A stretch of DNA of 64,000 nt, taken from the NCBI GenBank assembly GCA_041666325.1, contig JBAYHC010000004.1:128929-192928 (forward strand), read 5' to 3'. Every line of letters begins with the position of its first letter. The stretch's first letter is position 1. This DNA comes from Patescibacteria group bacterium. Lineage in GTDB: Bacteria; Patescibacteriota; UBA1384; XYA2-FULL-43-10; 1-14-0-10-43-13. Made by a program: the position numbers and the translations under genes. Shown piece by piece: positions 40,701 through 49,218 of this stretch. The notes under the pieces are model-generated. The model was not told the DNA's origin and searched no databases. It saw only the letters and a list, made by a program, of their open reading frames with translations.

Positions 40701-43700
40701 TTTGTCCAAAACTATGCCACCTATGCCGGGCAGCAATTACCAGATAGAGCGTCATCAACAGAGATTGAATTTGCCGAAGAGGTTAAAAACTTTACCTCGC
40801 AAGTGAATAGTATTGACTCCCTGCTCAAAATCGACCGCAATTCTACGCTATATCTCCTAAGCACACTCTATGCCGGCGATAATCAGTCAGAACACGGTCC
40901 AAATAAGTTCAGGGAAAAGGTTGGCTGGGCTCACGTTCAAAAACTGATTACTCTTAGACTTGCGGAATTATTGAATATCGACACCGAAAGAGAACAGGCC
41001 GCCGCAGATATCATCACTGGCATTGCCAGCTACTTCCACTGCAGCGAGGATGACACCAACCAAGTTACCGGGCAGTGCGAAAACAGCAATTATGGCAATG
41101 TAGCTTGGCTCTTTAGTAAACTCTCGACTGTCTTTGTTCTTCGCTTAGACGAAAGAGCCGGTTTTCCGACCGGAACATTTGACCAGATGATCAAAGACCC
41201 GGTCAACGCCCCTATGACACTGCTTAAGATCGGGGCAAACAAACTTGATGCGAAGCTACAAAGGGACCCCAGCCGAATTTTTTCCTTCACAGGTTCATAT
41301 CGCTTCATTAACCAGGAATACCAGCAATCTCTTAGTGACGGTTCTCTTGGTTTTATTTCTGATTACCGTGACCAAAACATTGCGGATCAGCAATGTCACG
41401 CCCAGTACTATCCCAACGGCCTAGATATGCGGTTAGACAGTCAATACAAGGCAGTCTTGGCCGTTTACAACGAGCCAGCCCCAAGCAGAACCGAACACCC
41501 AGAAGAATATCAAGCTTGGTATGACCGACATGCTGATGCTTCTGACCAGCTCTACTCTGGTCGCAGTGGTACAATCGGACGAACGATATCTGATCTCAAT
41601 ACACAATACAATAATTGTGTAGAGAGCAAGCGCGAGAGAGAGACCGTTGCAAAATGCGTCGGAGAAACACCAGCACCAGGCGGAACATGCACCACGGGAG
41701 GAGGAAGTGGAAACAATATCTTCCGCGACCTCATCCATCATATCAAGCTCGGCATAGCTGAGGAGATCGTGTATGCAATCAGACACGTCGCAGATGTAAA
41801 TGGAGTTCCCGTGGGCGTTGAAATGCCCAAAGAAGACATGTATGAGTTGCTATTCAGAGGCGATATTCGCTTCCTCTACATCGCTGCCACCGCCTTCACT
41901 GTCAACTTCATCACAGCTATTGTCGAGGGTGATGAAAGTCGACAACCGTGGCCGCCGGCACTCCGCATTACTTATGGGGAGATCCGGCTAGTCTATATCG
42001 GCGACCCGAGATCAGACCAGGCCGCCAGAGATGCCGCTACAATTGCTTTTGCCAACACATACACCCCAGGTGACATCAATGTTACAAGTGGCGACATAAA
42101 CGCGAGTCTTCCGGGTAGTCCACATGCCCCTCCTGTACCCAATGGTGAAGTCTGTCCCCCTAACGCACCAACAGGATCTCAATGTATTCCCTCCGACTCT
42201 TATCGCAACGGAACAGCCACCGGCACTGGCCTGGATCCAAGATCAAACGCTACCCAAATGGGTAATGTCTATGGTGTAAACACAAATGACCCAACCCTGC
42301 ACGCAAGAGCAGAGGCCTACACAACATCAGTACTGGGAAATGTTGGAAGTGCCTGGAGCAACCTACAAACAGCATACGGCGAAGAACCTCAAAGAGGTGC
42401 TTACCGCAATGATGCGGAATACCAGAGCGCACATAGCACATGGGAGGAAAGAATCGGCGAGTACCCAAGTGCAGACAATCCCCAGGGCTCTGGTTTGCGC
42501 GGACAACTCGCTGCGGCAGGCGATAGAAGAGATGAACTCAACAGGCGAAGAGACGAGGCAGAGGGCAAATCTCGCGCCATTTATCGCAACAATTTGATAT
42601 ACAAAACCTTTGATGCCGCCCTGTGGAAAGTAGACAAAAACATTTTCCCTGGCTTTACCCGTGCACTGATGGCCGGTAGTCTAAGAGAGAAACAGCTAGC
42701 GCTACTCACATATCTTGAAAACGGCCTCAAAAACGGCAACCTATTCTTTGGTGTTCTTAGATTTGATGCCATCCCTGCAGAACTCGTCGGAGTCATTGAT
42801 GACTTTGTCCATATCTTCCTGTTAAAGGATAGGGACTGGAACAGCTTCCTTACAGGAAGTGGCGCTAAGGTTCTAGCAGGTTTTGTCTCCAACAATTCCA
42901 GGAAATGGTTTAACGGTCTCTATATTCCGCCCGATATGATCATTGGTCTAATGGTGGGAATCACTACTGGTGAATGGGGCTTTGATTTCTCATCTCGCGG
43001 CGACACTATCACCCCAACCGCCACAGTTAATGGCGTCAAATTGCCAACACTGGGCAGTGCTCTCATGAGTATCGTTGAAACGAGAATATTCTCCTGGGCC
43101 GACACAAAGCTGGGTCTCCCGCCAGGAACAGTATCAACCGCGTTCAAGATGGTGGTAAAAATATACAAGGCGACAATGCTGTACTTCGAGCTACAGCACG
43201 CAATCGGAATATACAGCCAAATAACGAACCTACAGGGGATATATGATGCCGCTGAAGCAGCAGGAGCGGGCGCTGACGTACTGGGTGATATCTCAGGCGA
43301 GATTAGCGCCTTAGAGGGCAAGATTGACCCCAGCACCCTCGATGCCCTAGATGCCAACCAGGCGGGCAATGGCGAGATGCTTGACGGCAAGATTCTCGAC
43401 ATCAGAAAATTAATTGCGGCAGCCATAGCTGAGTTGATTACCTTTGCGATCATGCAAGCAATTCAGAAACTATTTGGCGAAGAAATTGGACGGTTTGAGG
43501 AAAGTATGGGACTGGTGCCAGGATCAACGATGGTTTTGATTAATTTCGTAGTAGGGGAGCTGGTTGTGATGGCTGTAAACGCAGTTGCTGGATCTGCTTT
43601 GCTTCCAGCCGCTGGCCCGATCGGTTTTGGAATCGCTGTGATTTTATTCATTGCCATTAATCTCTGGGGCATACATAAAATTGAGATAAAATGTAATGCT

Positions 43701-44237
43701 GACGGTCAGTACGTTAACTGGAGCGAGGAAAAGGGGACCTATACAACCGGTCCAGATGGCCAACCCTTGACTAGTCAGACATTAGCAGACTATGATGTTA
43801 CCCCTATTGGTTGGTGGGAAAAACGGGTTACGAGCAGCTCTAGCTTCCAGACAGAGTTTAGTGAATTAATGAAACAAAAAACAATTCTCACTGCTAGGTA
43901 TAAGGCCAACAGGTTAATTAAAGATATGCTAGAGATGCAAAATAGCTCAAGATTCAGAGATGAAACAGGCAAGGGCATAGTTCCAACGCAAATAATGATC
44001 GGCAGGGCAGAAGACGCAAAGAACGTTGAGCAGAACGGCGATATGATCTCTAGAAAGATGTGTCAACAAAGACTGGGCAAAGACTCTGTTGCTGTTGAAA
44101 CCAGAAGCAGCGAGACAGGAGAGCTGCTCGGATATGTTTGCGGTGACAGGGATACTAAACCAGGGGGGACCCCTCCGACAAAGATAGGTATCTGGAAAAA
44201 CCTCCAAACAACAGCTTGGTCACATATAGGGTTCTAA
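34716..44237 (+). CDS. Giant (3173 aa) exported repeat protein
   Basis: Single uninterrupted ORF; signal peptide; recurring G-xxx-[IL][ED]xx[LF]GLPxG[ST] motif; SAHGDGQAVD and terminal SHIGF motifs; hydrophobic segments near the C-terminus. Confidence 0.85.
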   Translation: MRSVFRKTLLWLITISITLEPVFVLLPQNVSAQDAAPESLQDSNPYDESDIRSNADSDDLGDEENYRLEPGQLENIEDVKTKEALDPVMDAISRESDITVVGDSAEERSAARRLAAILEEYTPYRNLVTYDDFLAGQQEAKIVLSAGDLEVLRAMHYISKVAPDFSEDSVAMFNSLNPSTTEAGERLLSRDDIRSSDGVGIVDEATMQTIHNKWQSEITIDSDNAVERGDNEDFANAIRSYFVSLKQGGALETNQNKKIVNKELFHDFVQQARRDFAESWSIDNVTSGTLANLNKNDLMAISGYSESEIDRILQDKPSDSQPQGGDRWRYFAESILDIVKNSQIDIRVLKTLVYLVTPKSEGGAGHWRIRARKIVQTNSKLSHESDSVRDATCSGDGTQSAASCGESINNEGTPISGASADIQDSSGNVTGQAVITDEPEEILSAHGDGQAVDISEIDDIRCTVIKYRHIGHSFKEKRPATPVKLAWQTTEGYASSGGNNPIDIMGMIRSSATESLQNFANDLGADAITDFEGDLSQSGFSDIVGLFGKSMMASAVNSASLDFFGDNVEETLRNLGSVYFADYLGIPRNLFVGTEQEKLASLDYVSRVIGQAAIEKRLNIPFGSLSTEVKLSTADASTGDSSQPTIYSGLEAMMLNTGLRKLEWEMILDPGDLDNMFWSDPNKQIPIQTLHHRIGSRIIEKKFNLDKGMLDSVVAGKDLAYLKTRFGERARLLFIDPTYFDNILSLNAGTTKLLFDGQTSPSDYIATVGRRRYLNTVRGLRHLSSTSSAYAVPPTTPVTTTIYSPDNIALNDCLSNPQTCRTFTNPDGITVLQKTENIDTWNSAILGRKEAIENIGTFTVARLLAHPQDYTPEEANRINQVGLEHQQLDDGVSMTIDPKDKGVGALHQWIIANQQKYAFDHNDGFNGRTVTSWDKKNAEIPNSSTETCRNGIACVRVRVNSVFMGESSTPTETDTIGAPVNVNVHTPVYNVYPAGEADAYISEEPGRKLDLNHGDLYRLFGYAEANGEAVFRRIGQKLLFYMIANKALAAKGQSSSVKLNLSETNPRLIPGSDTAIFYFSRFDRALQLARTIKGDWENEREPGFDRIIGLMNELDREFQVGSQALLTLNLLEIANTVRANIYLIDQLTIALEEKRLYATHMIEKINKTIRDVNELIKVTSEFLSGQEIPSAELLTVDQIRTDAFAKPLRGRPRAQRKINPLVILDFLAGRITPLDFFVLLGANQLEARLGLPQNTLVYYIQNSETMGIANLDTFYVALGQARIEEEYELPRYYFQGYVVPGDRKVPDFRRDWTALKRLLVNRQDSAKYRQEVGWTGIYPALFPLAKTDSYSFDERLISDFDNRMKAIRESEEKKRVTNKPYTDLIKDAEKLWQDDRKHEREERYSDEGAERGRFGDIDLGDLLKNLTDRNYASTEPSAQSNLMFSLRMPGNYTALTQGSTIAWETSGAKARAAAIDKQFGLAANTTHNLFTGDTVLAPSGTKILSQSEKDLANYFGGMSIGAVETYLQVLNNELPFADLQKLGLVSDYNFQNRYALQEDAPSDNECPVLYAQVEPGKPSGKGKFSVNYTTIEPDTYSYYDKRGRHTFKSRREAERYSNEHVDDRIDVVGHMAKQLKTLYGPILGRTAGGQLGSGDKWRVPSIDFNNESEIADNLRLLLMKNIGGLFTLADIRAINEATDANDLDGDGDRSEQSIITVSITLENGETKDYTLSPNTLAGSPYDPGVLEKLFMRKKTQKPLQEFKKAVGQVEAEKAVSWKLFSELVGVKIRPEFFGPDDLYSILHGDMRPIYRIGSYLIEKEMHLPQHSIALLMSALSGKAKECQLSQIGANVLGGLVGLKYLPLNFNVASPNDMAQAIGQAKIEETLGLPRKTFSGDSLLDIINRIGPITFALVFNIPVGKSVISNQNTIFSDSVGNNVSRLDAILGNEANQVRNTSGRYKLKKIHDFLISNHVINDLAGAGVESLENELIQQTIHFVQNYATYAGQQLPDRASSTEIEFAEEVKNFTSQVNSIDSLLKIDRNSTLYLLSTLYAGDNQSEHGPNKFREKVGWAHVQKLITLRLAELLNIDTEREQAAADIITGIASYFHCSEDDTNQVTGQCENSNYGNVAWLFSKLSTVFVLRLDERAGFPTGTFDQMIKDPVNAPMTLLKIGANKLDAKLQRDPSRIFSFTGSYRFINQEYQQSLSDGSLGFISDYRDQNIADQQCHAQYYPNGLDMRLDSQYKAVLAVYNEPAPSRTEHPEEYQAWYDRHADASDQLYSGRSGTIGRTISDLNTQYNNCVESKRERETVAKCVGETPAPGGTCTTGGGSGNNIFRDLIHHIKLGIAEEIVYAIRHVADVNGVPVGVEMPKEDMYELLFRGDIRFLYIAATAFTVNFITAIVEGDESRQPWPPALRITYGEIRLVYIGDPRSDQAARDAATIAFANTYTPGDINVTSGDINASLPGSPHAPPVPNGEVCPPNAPTGSQCIPSDSYRNGTATGTGLDPRSNATQMGNVYGVNTNDPTLHARAEAYTTSVLGNVGSAWSNLQTAYGEEPQRGAYRNDAEYQSAHSTWEERIGEYPSADNPQGSGLRGQLAAAGDRRDELNRRRDEAEGKSRAIYRNNLIYKTFDAALWKVDKNIFPGFTRALMAGSLREKQLALLTYLENGLKNGNLFFGVLRFDAIPAELVGVIDDFVHIFLLKDRDWNSFLTGSGAKVLAGFVSNNSRKWFNGLYIPPDMIIGLMVGITTGEWGFDFSSRGDTITPTATVNGVKLPTLGSALMSIVETRIFSWADTKLGLPPGTVSTAFKMVVKIYKATMLYFELQHAIGIYSQITNLQGIYDAAEAAGAGADVLGDISGEISALEGKIDPSTLDALDANQAGNGEMLDGKILDIRKLIAAAIAELITFAIMQAIQKLFGEEIGRFEESMGLVPGSTMVLINFVVGELVVMAVNAVAGSALLPAAGPIGFGIAVILFIAINLWGIHKIEIKCNADGQYVNWSEEKGTYTTGPDGQPLTSQTLADYDVTPIGWWEKRVTSSSSFQTEFSELMKQKTILTARYKANRLIKDMLEMQNSSRFRDETGKGIVPTQIMIGRAEDAKNVEQNGDMISRKMCQQRLGKDSVAVETRSSETGELLGYVCGDRDTKPGGTPPTKIGIWKNLQTTAWSHIGF

Positions 44238-44284
44238 ATTAGCTAGCAAGAATTAAGCTAGCAAGCAAAAGGCTTATAAAGAAT

Positions 44285-44641
44285 ATGAAAATTAACTCCT
44301 TTCAAGATATTGTGGTTTAGCAAAGGGCTCACAAATTAGTGCTAGAAACATACAAGATTTCGGATGGTTTTCCCAAATGTGAAATGTTTGGCCTAACAAG
44401 TCAGATCCGCTGAGCAACTGTTTCGGTCGCATCAAATATTGCCGAGGGCTTTAAACGCAACTCAAAAAAAGATTCTCTGCACTTCTACAACATAGCTGAA
44501 AGCTCTCCTGAGGAGTCAAAATACCAGTTAATTCTTGCTAAAGACCTTGGGTATGTTGACCAAGCGGGTTACACTGAGCTCATAAAATTAGCCGAAGAGG
44601 CTGGTAGAATGTTGTGTGGGTGGCGCAAGTCACAGAGCTAG
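44285..44641 (+). pseudogene. Four-helix-bundle (IVP/Avd-like) pseudogene
   Basis: MKINSFQDIVV*QRAHKL...FGLTSQIR*ATVSVASNIAEGFKR...; stops TAG 44318 (Trp in the paralog) and TGA 44411 (Arg); clear paralog of 60154-60513. Confidence 0.9.
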
Positions 44642-44668
44642 CTTGTTAGCTTAATTCTTACTAACTTA

Positions 44669-44941
44669 CTAGCTATTATTAACTATTCTCACTCCCTTTA
44701 CGATCTTCCTGCCAATCTTTTTATTGAGGTATTCTATGATTTCTTCCTCTTTCATCTGAAGCTCTTGGGCTGCCGAAGAAGAGGTCACAGAAACCTTCAA
44801 AATCCCCCTAGAAAAGGATACTGACCGAAAAGGATACTTGCCCCAACTCTCTGCATAAAAACAAATCTGGGCACCTACCGTCTCCTTGATGAGGCCTTTC
44901 TTGGCCATCGAAGAGAAGATAAACTCGCCAATTTTTTTCAT
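44669..44941 (-). CDS. DUF721/DciA-like protein
   Basis: GILKVSVTSSSAAQELQM...LN motif; position after recF. Confidence 0.7.
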   Translation of the reverse strand: MKKIGEFIFSSMAKKGLIKETVGAQICFYAESWGKYPFRSVSFSRGILKVSVTSSSAAQELQMKEEEIIEYLNKKIGRKIVKGVRIVNNS

Positions 44942-44977
44942 AAAGCTCCAAAACCTAAGTGGCTTAAGTAACTCAGG

Positions 44978-46033
44978 TTACTTAAACCTGATAACCTTGG
45001 CCTTTTTGACTAGCTCCGGATCAAGCAGACTCTCCTCGGCCGTCGTAATAATGGATTGATATTTGCTAATTAGCCCGGTTAGCTGCCGCCTTCTACTAGC
45101 ATCAAATTCAGAAAAAACATCATCTAGTAGAAGCATCGGTTCCTTCTTCTCTCTTGCTGTCGAATACTTGTCCTGGTGCAACTCAAGATACTGCAACTCA
45201 ACAATCTTTAGAGCAAGAACAGCAGATTTCATCTCTCCTCTGGAGGAAAACTTTGACATCTCTCTTTGGTTGAGACTGGTCAACAGATCATCTCTATGGG
45301 GACCATGCGTTGTTCTTTCTATCGCAATGTCCTGATTCCTGGCACTCTCCAGGTCTTCCAAAAAATTGGAGTAGTTTTTTTGATAGGTAATACTAATCTC
45401 AGCCCCTTCCTGCTCAGAGATTAGACGATAAATTGCAACAATCCGATTGTTAATAAAACTAATTGCATCATCGCGCTTGATAGCTATTAGCGCCCCCTGA
45501 GACACCAGCTCTTTGTTCCAATAAGACAGCTCCGAGATACTGCCCTCACCCCTCTTTAATCGTTTAAGTAGATGGTTTCTCTGTTTTTTAACCTTATCAT
45601 AATCAACCAGAGCCCTTAGGTATTCTTTATCAACCTGGCTTATCATAATATCCAGAAATCGCCGTCTATCTCCCGGTGAGCCAGAGAGAATAGATAGCGT
45701 TTCCGGAGAAAAGACAACAACAGGGGTATGGCCAATAAAGTCAGACAAACGGCATGATGTACCCTTCGATTTTGCTTTCATAAAAAAGCGTGGGAGACGC
45801 GATAGAAAAATCTCTTGATCATCACCACTGACTCGAGCAAACTGACTCGAAAAATTAATCAAATCTTGTTTGTTTATTTCACGGAACGGTCGACAAAAAG
45901 AAAGCACTGAAACTGCTTCAATAATATTGCTTTTACCCGCACCATTCTTTCCGACCAGGATCGTGATCGGTTCAAGGGTTAGTTCAAGATGCTGATGATT
46001 GCGAAAGTTCTCAAGTTTTAGATGTTTTAACAT
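44978..46033 (-). CDS. recF: DNA replication/repair protein RecF
   Basis: LENFRN, GKNGAGKSN, GSPGDRRRFLD, GPHRDD, LLLDDVFSEFD; start placed at 46033. Confidence 0.95.
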   Translation of the reverse strand: MLKHLKLENFRNHQHLELTLEPITILVGKNGAGKSNIIEAVSVLSFCRPFREINKQDLINFSSQFARVSGDDQEIFLSRLPRFFMKAKSKGTSCRLSDFIGHTPVVVFSPETLSILSGSPGDRRRFLDIMISQVDKEYLRALVDYDKVKKQRNHLLKRLKRGEGSISELSYWNKELVSQGALIAIKRDDAISFINNRIVAIYRLISEQEGAEISITYQKNYSNFLEDLESARNQDIAIERTTHGPHRDDLLTSLNQREMSKFSSRGEMKSAVLALKIVELQYLELHQDKYSTAREKKEPMLLLDDVFSEFDASRRRQLTGLISKYQSIITTAEESLLDPELVKKAKVIRFK

Positions 46034-46121
46034 AAAGAAGTAAGCTAGTAAGAAGTAAGCAGGTAAGCTAGATAATATTTTTTCACTTATCACTCACAAT
46101 CTTACTTGCTTGCATGCTGGT

Positions 46122-47222
46122 TTACTCTATCTTTAGCGGCATAACGATATATAGGTAATCTTTGTCGTCACCAAATTCCAGCATACCGGCTGAATTTCCA
46201 TCATTCAGCTTTATCGTCACCGGAGCAGGGGAAACAACCTGAAGCGCGTCAAGAAGATACTTCGCATTGAAGGATATTTCAATACCCTCTCCTGAAACCT
46301 TGGCGGGCATTTGAGATGTGGCATTGCCAGACTCGACCAAAGCAGAGGAGGCAACAAGTTTGTCGCCATCAACTTTCATCTTGATATTGTTGGCTGCATC
46401 TTTGGCAAACAAAGCCGTCATCTTAATTGCCGAGACAAGTTCTTTGTGATCAACTGTAGCACTTACTTTGAATGAACCAGGTATAATTTGTGAATAGTTG
46501 GGAAATGAACCCTCAATAACTCGTGAGACCAGCCAACTCTCACCAAAAATAAAGAAGACCTGATTTTCCGTAACAGCAATCTCAATATCCTCTTTGCCCT
46601 CAGAACCAGCCAGGCGCAACACCTCTGCCATTGTTCTTGATGGAATAATAATCTTCGTCTCAGGCACGTCTTTGTCAAGCGCGATTTTCTTCTCGGCCAA
46701 CCGATAAGAATCAGTTGCGGCAAGAGTTAAGCTTTTACCACTAAATTGAAAATAGATACCCGCAATTGTCGGTCGTGTTTCATCATGTGCTGGAGCAATA
46801 ATAATTTTTTTGACTGTATCAACAAACACATCTCGTCCAAACGAGCAGAGTGAATCTTTTGGCTTCGAAGGAATAGTTGGAAACTCCTCCGCGCTAATAC
46901 CGGCTATTTTCGCATTATAGCGGGCAGATGACGCCTTCAACGTCGTTTCATCTGACTCAATAGTAATCGTGTCGTCGCTATTATTGGAGATAAAATCACT
47001 GATCAATCGAGCAGGAACAGTAACATCTCCCTCCTCCTCAATCTTGCCAGTTACAGTAGTGGTTACCCCAACTTCAAGATCGGTTGCAGAGAAAGATATC
47101 CTGCCTTTTTTCGCAGAAATAAGGATGTTGCCAAGCACTGGCAGTGTGGTGCGGGTACCGACTATTCTGTAAACCTGATTTAGCCCCTTTGCAAAGTGAC
47201 TTTGAAGTATCGTTGCTTTCAT
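46122..47222 (-). CDS. dnaN: DNA polymerase III beta sliding clamp
   Basis: TTLPVLGNILI, ATDLE, ATDSYRL, IEGSFPNY, FNAKYLLD, YIVMP; start placed at 47222. Confidence 0.97.
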   Translation of the reverse strand: MKATILQSHFAKGLNQVYRIVGTRTTLPVLGNILISAKKGRISFSATDLEVGVTTTVTGKIEEEGDVTVPARLISDFISNNSDDTITIESDETTLKASSARYNAKIAGISAEEFPTIPSKPKDSLCSFGRDVFVDTVKKIIIAPAHDETRPTIAGIYFQFSGKSLTLAATDSYRLAEKKIALDKDVPETKIIIPSRTMAEVLRLAGSEGKEDIEIAVTENQVFFIFGESWLVSRVIEGSFPNYSQIIPGSFKVSATVDHKELVSAIKMTALFAKDAANNIKMKVDGDKLVASSALVESGNATSQMPAKVSGEGIEISFNAKYLLDALQVVSPAPVTIKLNDGNSAGMLEFGDDKDYLYIVMPLKIE

Positions 47223-47265
47223 AGAATCCTTTCTAAATACAACACACCGATTTATCACGATGTAT

Positions 47266-47393
47266 TGTCATCCCAACCCCCGCACTTGAGTGCGGGGCAA
47301 GCTCCACGGAGGGATCTCTTGTTTCAAAACAACCATTCAATTTATTCTAAGATTTCTCGACTCAGCCCATAAGTCGACTTCGCTCGAAATGAC
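47266..47393. repeat. REP/RPE-like element (TGTCAT...ATGAC) with nested palindrome
   Basis: TGTCATCCC..GAGGGATCTC and AGATTTCTCGACT..CGCTCGAAATGAC ends; nested CCCCGCACTTGAGTGCGGGG at 47278-47297. Confidence 0.65.
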
Positions 47394-47399
47394 GAAGCA

Positions 47400-47770
47400 G
47401 GCGGTTATCAACACGAACAGGGAAACTTGTTGATAACGTTCTAAAAATTTTTCTTTGTGCGAGCGGTAATTCGCCCCAATGAGAAATTTTTGTGGAAAAG
47501 GGCAATTTTGCTCCGAAATCCTGTCAACAACCTGATGATAAGTTAGTATTTTTGCCCTTAACCGGTTTGACGATTAATTTAATCCACAGATTTAGTATAC
47601 TTTTGAACAGCTTATCCCAAGTTTTTTAAACAGATTATCACCAGTCTTATTTCCATTTTTTTCTCTCAGGGATGATATTTTTTGGCTTTTCCCCATCTTC
47701 CACAGCCCTTACTATTACTATTACTGTATTAATAACCTTTTTATTACAAGATCTAACTGTGTATAAAGTG
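47400..47770. other. Chromosomal replication origin oriC
   Basis: dnaA-dnaN intergenic; DnaA-box-like 9-mers at 47405, 47428, 47491, 47580, 47687, 47696, 47758 (consensus match); GCCC followed by DnaA-trio-like TTACTATTACTATTAC at 47709; + strand looks C/A-rich to the left and G/T-rich to the right. Confidence 0.85.
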
Positions 47771-47829
47771 TGACAAAACGTAACAAAGGAACGATTCAAA
47801 CTTATCTCAGAAAACTCGTGGGTGAAACA

Positions 47830-49218
47830 TTAGTGGATCAGGGAATAAATCTTTTCCTTAATTGCAGAGATGTCGTCTTTTATTCTCTTGTTATGAGCAA
47901 CATCGGCCTCTATCTTGTTGCATCCATGAATAATTGTCGAATGATCTTTTCCACCCATTTCTCGACCAATCTCAGGATAAGATAATCCAGCCTCATGTCT
48001 CAATAAATACATCGTTATTTGGCGCGGAACAACAATTTCCTTGTTCCTTTTTTTACCCAACAAATCCTCTATCGAGAGATGATAATATTTGTGAGCTTCT
48101 CTGATAATTAGCTCTGAAGTTATTACCTGTTTTCGCTCACTGATCATCCCACTCATTATTTCAGAGACTTTTTCGATCGTTACTGGGACATTGGTCAATT
48201 CGCAAGTAGCAACAATCTTGGTTAGCGCTCCTTCCAGCTCACGTATTGAGGATTGGATGTTCTCAGCAATGTAGCGAATAATGTCATTGTCAATATTTTT
48301 TTGTTGCTCTTTGGCCTTGTGGCGCAGGATCGCCTCTCTGGTTTCTAGATCTGGTTGACTAATATCTGTAACCATACCTCCCTCAAAACGAGTTTGAAGT
48401 CGTGACTCAAGTCCCTTGATTGACTTTGGAGGGCAGTCAGCGGTCAGGACGACCTGTTTTTTGTGCTGATGAAGGTGATTAAATGTGTGGAAAAACTCTT
48501 CTTGAGTTGATTCTTTGCGGGAGAGGAATTGGATATCATCAATCAGCAAGAGATCAACATTTCGATACCTTTCCTTAAAGTCCTTGGCTTTACCAAAGCC
48601 TGATTCAACAGCATTGATGAATTCGTTGATAAAAGTTTCTGTGGATACGTACAAAACCCGTTTTTCAGGTTGCTTATCCAAAAAGGAGTGACCAATAGCT
48701 TGCATCAAGTGAGTTTTACCCAGGCCAGAGTCACCATAGATGAATAGGGGATTGTAGAGCTCGCCCGGCTTGTTTGATACAGCCTGAGCAGCAGCGTGGG
48801 CTAGTTGGTTGGATGATCCAACAATAAAGTTTTCAAATCTATATTTATCGTTAAGGGTGGTGTTTGTCGGCAGGGATTGCATTGGGTGGTAATGAGGTGA
48901 GATGACTGGTTTGTCCACAGGGGTGTTGATAACACGAGTATTTTCGATTAGGTTTGCTTGGCCTTCTGGGGGCGTGGCTATCTTGAACTTAACAGCAACA
49001 ACCTCTTCATCTACCTGCTTTTGCAGGGCTCTTTGTATCTCCTTTAAATACTTTTTCTTAAGCCAGTCTTCAGCAAAGAAATTTGGCACTCCTATTGTAA
49101 AAATTCCCTTTTTAAACTCTAGTATGAATGTTCCTTTGAACCAGGTTTGGAAGTTGGCTTTGGAGAGTGTTACCTCTAGTTCGCCTAAGACATTTCGCCA
49201 AATTTCAGCAACATTCAT
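47830..49218 (-). CDS. dnaA: Chromosomal replication initiator DnaA
   Basis: YNPLFIYGDSGLGKTHL, LLIDDIQF, RELEGAL, GGKDHSTIIHG; start placed at 49218; perfect TTATCCACA at 49263 upstream. Confidence 0.98.
   Translation of the reverse strand: MNVAEIWRNVLGELEVTLSKANFQTWFKGTFILEFKKGIFTIGVPNFFAEDWLKKKYLKEIQRALQKQVDEEVVAVKFKIATPPEGQANLIENTRVINTPVDKPVISPHYHPMQSLPTNTTLNDKYRFENFIVGSSNQLAHAAAQAVSNKPGELYNPLFIYGDSGLGKTHLMQAIGHSFLDKQPEKRVLYVSTETFINEFINAVESGFGKAKDFKERYRNVDLLLIDDIQFLSRKESTQEEFFHTFNHLHQHKKQVVLTADCPPKSIKGLESRLQTRFEGGMVTDISQPDLETREAILRHKAKEQQKNIDNDIIRYIAENIQSSIRELEGALTKIVATCELTNVPVTIEKVSEIMSGMISERKQVITSELIIREAHKYYHLSIEDLLGKKRNKEIVVPRQITMYLLRHEAGLSYPEIGREMGGKDHSTIIHGCNKIEADVAHNKRIKDDISAIKEKIYSLIH

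Noticed and set aside
16218-44237. Integrative conjugative element using the tyrosine recombinase
   Set aside because: Recombinase looks like the housekeeping Xer, separated from the locus by core genes; no relaxase or att repeats seen
44285-44641. Stop-codon reassignment explaining the internal stops
   Set aside because: Both TAG and TGA occur, at Trp and Arg positions one transition away from TGG/CGA, and TGA/TAG terminate normal genes here; simple pseudogenisation fits better
46034-46093. N-terminal extension of RecF (likewise 60092-60148 for the lipoprotein)
   Set aside because: Read-through into octamer repeat arms; family-typical starts lie downstream
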